A stretch of DNA of 57,489 nucleotides, filler included, from Porpidia crustulata (taxonomy: Eukaryota), in the NCBI GenBank assembly GCA_964255105.1. It is 5 parts of 5 records of this genome, joined end to end, with 100 filler letters (N's around TTAATTAATTAA, not from the genome) between each part and the next. Parts side by side here need not be neighbours in the genome. Positions count along the whole stretch, not along the records: positions 46,090 to 57,489 come from CAXUWE010000664.1; 4 more parts are not named here. One strand, written 5' to 3'. Below, in pieces: positions 49,456 to 57,489 of this stretch. A program made the position numbers and the translations under genes. Below the pieces are notes generated by a model. That model did not search any database, had not been told where the DNA came from, and worked only from the letters and a program-made list of their open reading frames with translations. The number at the start of each line of letters is the position of its first letter. The stretch's first letter is position 1.

Positions 49456-51088
49456 ATGACAATGGGCATTCTCCAAGTATCGCCCACCCGCCATCTATAA
49501 AGAGCCTGGATGTCTTGACATTGTAGCTGTCGACTCCCGTAACGCGCGATAGCTTCCTTCGCAAAGCCCCCGGTCACCGGGAGATGGCGGTCTTCCAGAA
49601 AGCTGATTATCGGAACTGCTTGCGTGGCCTTGTTTACTGGTAGGAGTCCGACTGCTGGTTGCCGACGATTTGTTTCTCTAATTCAGTGAAAAGAAACTCT
49701 CCTCGGCGGATTTCCCGTACCAATACTTCCGTATATGCTCGAGGAGCGCCTGCTCAATAATCTATCGCAAACAACGGATACCATCAATCGCCTGCTGAGT
49801 CTGCAGGGTTTTGTGACAATGATCTGCTCCCCTCTTTTCGCGAAGTTGTTCGATTAAATCTCCAGTCAAAAGGGACCGCTTTCTCTGTCGCTGGGACTTT
49901 GTCTTTTGGGGACTGCGCTGGTCGCGTCCACCCTCACTTGCATGTGTCACCCCAGCTACGTGTCCGTTTACTCGATGAATCTTGACGGAATTTGATGCAG
50001 TATGGATGCTTTACCTGGACAGAATCCTGCAGGCATTTGCCGGCTCAGTAGCGTGGCTTGTCTACACAGGTATGGTCACCGAGAATGCAGACGAAGGCGG
50101 AACTGGGACAGTGATGGGACTGAGTAAGTCACTTATCACGATCGGAACCGTGAGCGGGCCAATGCTCGGAGGTGTGTTGCTAGGCTGGTTTGGATACTGG
50201 GCCGCGTGGTCGGTGCCGATGGCTCTGCTATTTCTCGACACGATTGTGCGGTTGGTGGTGAGACAGCCAGAGGGCCGTTCGCCGGATTCGCCCTCCTCGT
50301 TTAATAAGGCCAAAGACAGCGAGCCAGACACTGTCGTCCAAAGCGACTCCCACCTTGATGTGTAGGGAATTTCGACGGAAACATCGCCCCTGCTGCCACC
50401 GTCGCCCCGTCGGCCACCATCGACTTCGACAACGGAGGTCGGCTCAGACTCAGAAACAGAAGTGAGAAGCGATAGCGATTCAATTGTGGAAACCCGCAAA
50501 TCTATGCCGTGACGCTTTGAGATGTTGGTATCTGGACAAGTATTCTAAACACGATCGTCCAAGCCGCGGTTTGAGCTGGTTTCAACGCAACTTTCTTCGT
50601 GCTCCAAGTCCCTATAGTCTTTCTCTCCCCTCTTCTTGGCTGGGTCCGAGATCGCGTCGGTGTCCGATACCCAACGACGATTGGCTGGACCCTGTTGTGC
50701 CGTTACTATGCTGCTTGGGTATTCCCGGGAGCGGAATACCTTGGCTCAGTGGTAGCCAGAGAATTGAACAATCGGCCTTTATTGTATGCATATGTGGCAT
50801 TGGATTGTTTTTGCCATTCGTTCAAGGTGCTGGGGCTTTGTACATGCGGAGTAAGTTAGACGTCTGTTGCTCAATGAGAAGACGAATGTTAACTACGGAT
50901 CGATATCGTGAATAGATATGGTCGGGAAGCTGGAAAAAGAAACCCCCAATATATTTAGGGTTACGATGGGCATGCGAGGTGCTTCGCGATGATATCAGTC
51001 TCGTTTAACACTGACCTGATGCTGGGTCCCGCTGTCGCTGGAGGGCTGTTTGGCAGCATTGGATATTGTAATATGAATATTATTCTCG
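49456..51088 (+). pseudogene. MFS transporter pseudogene (vesicular amine transporter/DHA1-like)
   Basis: Fragments WRSSRKLIIGTACVALFT, RILQAFAGSVAW, GTVSGPMLGGVLLGWFGYWAAW, LSPLLGWVRDRVGVRYPT and LGPAVAGGLFGSIGY, broken by stops (e.g. 50363) and frameshifts. Confidence 0.8.
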
Positions 51089-51195
51089 GTAGGCGATGAC
51101 TTGATTCCGTTTCTCGATCTATGTACTGCAAGCATTGCCATACCACTGTATGATAACATGACATAGGGGCTGCGGCTGAGAGAGATAAAGTCTAC

Positions 51196-54035
51196 ATGCT
51201 CGACATGATCTTGAAGTACCAACGCCCGCGAATCGCCTATTATCTGAAAAAGCTTAAGAAATTGTTGAGATTCGGAGAGCCAACAACACGCACAACTCAA
51301 AATAAGCGACCAAGACTGTCTGATGAGTGGCTTCAAAAGCTACCAGTTCTCCATACACGCAGCTGGATCGACGACAACGAGAACGAATTTCAGTTTTCGG
51401 GCGCCTCACTTAACGAAGCTGAAAACATTTCCAGAGCTGCTTTGTCTGTTCAAAGTCTGAAAGACATTAATGACGAGGTCGACAGCATCTTCAAACTAGT
51501 TGACCTAGTCTCTTCTTTGGATGAAAACGAGGATGATCATCTGAGTCAGGCAATTCTTAAGCAGCTATTACCATCCTTATTTTCTGTCTGGCGATTTCGA
51601 CGGTTTCAAGCATTGATCAAGGCACGTGTACGTGCCCGATTTCAAGACTCACAAAATTCGGAAAAGAGGCAGAATGAAGCAATTACAGCCCTGAAATTCC
51701 TTTGTCGGGTTTACTATAGTGTCGACACGTTCATTCAAGCTGCCGAGAGCATGCCTATTTTCAAGTCTGTGGAGTGTATCCCAATACCTCTTCAGCCAGC
51801 GATCCCCACGAAAGCAACGTCCAACGCCGTTCGAGCACAAGCAACACCACTGGAAATTGCCAAGAGCCTTGGGCTATATGTACGTAGTATTGGTTGGCTT
51901 CACCATCTTGAAAATAAAGCCATCAAAAACAGCTTCGGGAAGCTTCGAAGAGGAAAATGTCATGTTCACGCCGAAATTCAGCTACTGTCCCATCAAACCC
52001 AAATTTATAAGTTCCGACATGGAAATGAATATGTACATCCCTACATTGGTTGTAGCAAGCTTTGTTGCTTACTCTGTTGGCTGTTGCTCCGAGTTCATGG
52101 CGCTTACCATGTCCGAGGAACCCACGAAACCATTGTACACCGGTGGGAGATACCAACGTTCCTTTTGACAGAAGCCTACACTGCTGAGTATCAGCCAATT
52201 TTGCAAGACTTCTTCGGTTTCATCAGGATGTTACTGCAGAATTTACTGGACCAACCCTTTCCTTTGAGGCATCCTAGGCTCCTGGCCCAATCGTCTGCCG
52301 CTCTGTCCACAACGCAGACCGTACTGGACCGAGAAAAAGCCCAAATGGAAAAGCCACAGCTAAATACAAGGTAAGTAAACCTGCTTCCAAAACTTCACCT
52401 GCTAACAAAACTTGCAGGCGACGAATGATGATGCCTATGGTCGGGGATGATGGACTTCTTGTAATTGACCTCTACGAGAAGCCAGGATTCGTCTCTGTCA
52501 TGGGAGCATCGTTGACTAAGCCAAAGGAAATGTCCCGCGAGAAAGCAGAAATATACAAGGAAAACCATATTCGGGTCAAGTTTGGATTGGAGAGGACCGA
52601 TGAAGTGCCCCCAAAGCAAAGCCAATTTGCAAAGACGTGTCGTCGTTGCCACCGACAATCAAGCCTTCGCTGTTCCTCGTGCCGAAGTAATTATTGCTCG
52701 AGAGAATGCCAGAAGAAAGATTGGAGCCGGCACGTCTTTGTTTGCAGGCTGATAAAGCGATCAAACGACGTTGACTACTTGAGAATCTTTATCAGAGAAT
52801 GGTCCCATGCCACAGGAGATGAGTGGAGGCAAGCCCAGACTCTGTCCAAGCTATACTCGGATGATGATCTTTGCAAAGCCTTCGGGTTCAATAATTGCGC
52901 CAAGCGCTACGACGTTGCCAAACTTCTTTGCTTCTACACCCATATGACGTCCAAACTAGGTACAAACGGAGTGCAAGTGGGACTAGACGGAGGAAATCTT
53001 GGTGATTACTTGGCAGTCGCTGCAGAGCTGATACAATATGAGGGGAAAGAGATCTATCACGACTGCCCTTGCTTTGCTTGGTTCTTTTATCGACGGTCTT
53101 TTATTGACTGCGTAATACCAAATTGGACAGGCGACTTCGCGTATCAAGCAGCTGCATTGCGACGGCTTGAGCATGCCCTTTCAATCGTAGAACAGGACGA
53201 CGCTGTGCACCCTCTCTCAATCTCCGAAAGGGAGGTGCTAAGTCTGTACTCAATATTATTCCGAGACTTCAACAACATTCCTGGTCCTCTCACTTCCAAA
53301 TGGCTCAAGTATTGTTTCTACTTTTGCACCAACCGTAGTCAGTCTATGGAGCTCGCAAAGCTCTACGTTCAGCTAGCTAAGAGTGGGGCATCACTCGAGG
53401 AAATCGCGAAGGCTTATGAGGAAAGAACACTGCCTACTCTGATGAGACGCAGAGGTTTGAATGCTTCAACTTTTCAGGCAAAAGGCGTCGCTTTTCACCG
53501 CCCAGACCTCGAGGAGCTCGGCATATATCGTCTCATCGCTGAAGTCAACCACACGCTCTCAGGTCGTTTCTGCTACTGCCATCTTCCAAAACCAAACTGT
53601 CATCCAAAGTTCGAAACTTACCTAAGTCGAGAAAGTGACGGAGACTACGGATTTCACGGGACCGATACATGGGAACATTGGCAACTGTTTAATTTCTACA
53701 AATATGTCTTCGATCACCAAAACTTCGATGCACGGAAAATGCAGGAGGCAAAACGACACCCAGAAAAAGAAAAGCTCGATCAGTACCTCGACTCGCTTGT
53801 TCCCGATTTCCGAAAGAATATAGGCAACAGAGTGCTAGGAGATATCGTGTTCCCGAAGCTAAAGGCTGGGGTCAAATTCCCCAATGGTCGCCCGCCTTGT
53901 TGGTACGTTATGCATGACACAATAGCTCCCGAGGGTTTGGATTGTTTTACATCAACGTTGGTATCGGAACTTCGAACAATGACCCAGGGCAACGAAGAGG
54001 ATGCGCTCGAAGATAGAAATCTCATAGGTACATAG
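51196..54035 (+). CDS. OTT_1508-like Zn-dependent deaminase domain fused to MYND zinc finger and uncharacterised C-terminal domain, ~930 aa, 2 exons (51196-52370, 52418-54035)
   Basis: HVHAEIQLL..PYIGCSKLCCLLC..VRGTH..W deaminase signature. A 47-nt intron GTAAGT..GCTAAC..GCAG joins the ORFs in frame. CRRC..CSSCRSNYCSRECQKKDWSRHVFVC is MYND. Start codon uncertain. Confidence 0.8.
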
Positions 54036-54915
54036 TGCGTCTCCATTGCTTGCAGTAGTCTGCTATTGGAAGTGATAACGTAGCTGGGTTATCAATGACG
54101 ATTTTCGAAGTTTCATGAGTCGCTTGAAGATAAATTGACTCTTTTTATGGGACGAATCTACAGTATAATCATCATTAAATATACTGAATCAAAAACGAGG
54201 ACCATCGCTTGAGGTAGCAGACGTTTAGAGATTATTTGTTCTTTCGAGTTTTAAACATTGGGTCGGGAACACGTCTTTGTAAATGACGCAGAAGGCATAC
54301 TCAAGGAACAATTCCGACTTCTACAAGGTCTCTAATACTACGACGAGCAACGACATGGTAGATATGATCAACAAGATTCTATAGCATTACGAGGTAGATC
54401 ACGCTGATGACATTGATTATCAATCCGACGATGGGCTTGAAATTGCGATATGCTACTCAGAGGAACGCCGGCAAGGTCTACATCTGCAACTCTGGATCTG
54501 TGGGGACGGGCCTAGAAACGACTTCAACGATGATATTCAGTCTAGAGAAAGAGGGACAAGGGGTCAAAGGTAAGAAGGAGGAGAGAGGATGGAAGTCCAA
54601 GGTCATCCGGAATGACGCTATACCCCTTTAGAAGGGTACTGAAATCCTCCAAACTCGTCAAAATTGAGTACGTTGAGACTTATATCAGTTCTGCCACTTA
54701 GATTCGATATAGCATATGCTTTTACAGTTACGGTGGTAGTTGCTGCGATGCCACGTGATGCAAAATCAAGTGATCTATAAGGATGGATTGGTTTGAGCCC
54801 TTTTGGGCCGCTCAATAGTACAATGGGTTCAACAAGGGTGGGCTGGGTTTTTACAATTCGCTTCCAAAGCAGATCGACGATCATACTAGGGTTAGAGAGA
54901 ATAATACATTAATTT

Positions 54916-56180
54916 CTAGTAAAATATCTTGAACAAGAAGAAATTGGTGTAGACATACATCTGGAACAAAAGCAACACGAATGAATTCATCTCATCTTGC
55001 ATCGCTCTGACACACCATCTCTCCATGACGGTCCTCGGCGCGCCTTCTGTAAATAACATGAGCTTCATCATATCTTCCGTCTTTCTCGTCACTGGCTCCA
55101 CCCTTTTGAACATCTCCCGTTCATACTTCTGAATTCTCTGATCCAAAGCGTTTTCCCCACCATCTTTAATCGCACCCTCAATAACATTTGCCAGTTCTAC
55201 TGCGTCTCTCATCGCGGTATTCACTCCTTCACCCATAAATGGCGTCATCAAGTGCGCTGCATCTCCCAGCAGGGTGACTCCGGGCTTGTTCTCCCATCGT
55301 ATGCCTACTCTATCCATAAACACGATCGCGGCGTGATCTTGTCGTCGTCTGCGGACTGCATGAGCTTGACAAGCAGAGGATCCCAGTCTCGATACTCCTT
55401 GCCCAAGGCATCTTTGACCGCCGGTCCATCGAAAACATCATACCCAGATGTCTCCATCCAGTCTTCGTCGCGGGCCTCCCACACAGAGACGTAGATACTT
55501 TTGTCCCCCATCTGTTGACCCATGATCACCTTCCCGTCTGAGAAGGCGAATATTGATCCGTGATTGACAAATTTATCAAGATCGGGATAACGCTTCGCAG
55601 CGTCCGAAATAATTAAATTGTGTCCGCCTACACCTGAAAAGAATGGCTTCTCCAAAGTCAACAGGTTGCGGACTTTACTCCATGCCCCTTCAGCTCCAAT
55701 CACAAGATCAAAGCCCTGCTCTAATCCATGATCGAACTGCAGCGCATGAGTGGTCGGGTCAACGCTCCTGAGACGGCAGCCCCATCGTATTGTGTCTTTG
55801 TCCAAACAATCATAGAGCAGTTGGCGCAGTAGCGCACGGTCCACCTCAGGCTTCCCCTGCGAAAACCAACTGCCTTCTTTCGTAGCTTTCAAGCTTAGAT
55901 AGCAAAGCAATCTCTTATCGCACACAGCCAGAGCATCACCTTCGAATCTGGCAAGCTTGAGGAAGTCTTCATAGAGGCCTGCTGCTTTGAGCGCTGCGAG
56001 GCCTGTGTCGTCGTGCAGATCAAGAGTCCCGCCTTGGCTGCGAGCGTTGGGAGCGGGCTCGCTTTCAAAGACTACCACCGTGACGTTCATACGCTGGAGG
56101 AGGCGAGCAAGTATACATCCTGAGGGACCGGCGCCAATAATGGCAATTCTGTACTTGGAGGCATTGATGGAAGACGACAT
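54916..56180 (-). pseudogene. FAD-dependent monooxygenase (FAD_binding_3, TetX-like) with a single -1 frameshift near 55321
   Basis: IAIIGAGPSG, RSQGGTLDLH, PEVDR, LVIGAEGAWSKVR and TLLGDAAHLMTPFMGEGVNTAMRDA. One missing base in TCG-TG-TTT separates the two ORFs; could be a sequencing error. Confidence 0.8.
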
Positions 56181-57052
56181 GTTAGGCAGGAGATGCGACG
56201 ATTGTAACGATATTGATTTTGCTTCGCGCACATTCAGGTGTACTCAACGATGAAACATATCCGGCTCTGCAAAGGCTTTGACTGTCTATGTCGCAAAGAG
56301 AATAATGTCCGCAGATTCGCGGATAGCGGGTGGTTCTTAGATCTGAAACGGAAAGTCAGCACATCTGAGACTATCAGAGAAGTCTTCTTCCACGAACCAC
56401 TGCCCTTCATTGTAGACCTTCTATGATAGTAAGCTTACACTACAGAAGTCTTCAGTTTTCAATCTTGATATGAAGAAGGGAAGAGAGGCTAGAGACGAAT
56501 GGGAGATGGTGGCATGACATGTCGGACTTATCGGGGTTATCAGCCCGATCCAATGACTCGGATACCCTGCGAAGACCTAATAATTAAAGCTACAACTCGA
56601 TAATGACAGAGGCTGTAATGCAATGTGGAGGAGATGATTACGCTACTACTCGGCTCAAAGACTGGCCTTCTTGACATTCTACTGCACAGCTTCGTACGTC
56701 AGGTTTTTGAATCTTCCCGTGTCCGACTCCGACACAGAAAGGAAAAGCAAGCAACTGTCCGTAAAAATGCGCCCTTTTCCATCAAGACACGAGGTTTCAT
56801 GGAGTGTTCTGACCTGGATGCACGCCATGAATCCGTCGTCATTAATCTTTCCATGTGTTGTTGGTAAATTACCCTGAGGCCATGCTAACTCTCTACGGAT
56901 CAGTCTCTGTCAGTCGAAAAATTTTGTCCAAGCTTCTCGGAAGTTTGTTCAGGATGAGCGAGTAGCAGGGAAAGAGAAGCAGACTCACATATCATCCCGT
57001 ATGAGAGGAAATAATCACTCCTTGACTTGCTATCATTATTGCTATCATCAAT

Positions 57053-57439
57053 ATGATTCAGGATGGATCGGAAATCAGAGCTGATTCGATTGCCGTTGAG
57101 AATACGCATACGGTTATTGCGCCGAAGAAAAGATTATCCGCTCTCAGGCCTGTCTCATTTACGCCATCTATTGAGGATTATAGGTTTCTGGGAAATTCCA
57201 TCCCGGGATCATTCTCCAATGCAGGCAACGACAAGAGAAATTCCGTTGGTGACGGCAAGGTAATTCAGTACACAAGGGAACCAAAGAAAAATGAACAGAA
57301 AATAAAACCCATAGCAAACAAGGCGGCGGACCCCCCCAGTTTCAAGCCGGGCTATCGATTCTACCTCGCTTTTGCTTCGTTGAGTATTATCGCAATGATG
57401 GTCGCGTTGGATGGAACGTCTGTGTCTGTGGCTTTGCCG
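57053..57439 (+). CDS. N-terminal part of a DHA2-type MFS efflux transporter (truncated at window end)
   Basis: Open frame ending FKPGYRFYLAFASLSIIAMMVALDGTSVSVALP followed by a possible GT donor; start uncertain. Confidence 0.65.
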
Positions 57440-57489
57440 GTTCGACCAAATTTTCACACTCAGGGCTATTCCACCCCCAACCCCCGCAC

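Overview
Eukaryotic DNA from a filamentous ascomycete (Pezizomycotina-type genes with short GT-AG introns). The window is not one locus. It is five ~11.4 kb contigs in non-increasing length order (1-11434, 11535-22965, 23066-34477, 34578-45989, 46090-57489), joined by artificial N44-TTAATTAATTAA-N44 linkers, so neighbourhood arguments hold only within a contig. Contig 1: a large two-OB-fold POT1/Cdc13-like protein, an FMO, and a chromo-like/HDA2-3/coiled-coil protein. Contig 2: an Ada-type Zn/HTH protein, a 2OG-Fe(II) oxygenase pseudogene, a five-copy direct-repeat array, an MCT-type MFS transporter, palA/RIM20 and a Tag1-like protein. Contig 3: TRA1 (3' truncated). Contig 4: SEN2 (truncated), NOP10, the CAF-1 large subunit, a Zn2Cys6 TF/RTA1 divergent pair and a desaturase-domain gene (truncated). 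Contig 5 is a decaying accessory region with several pseudogenes and a Fot1/pogo relic, plus one uninterrupted spliced gene fusing an OTT_1508-like deaminase to a MYND finger. The best leads are the deaminase-MYND fusion, the Ada regulator/repeat array/transporter module, and a hairpin containing telomere-type repeats next to the CAF-1 promoter. All family calls come from motif recognition by eye; no searches were run.
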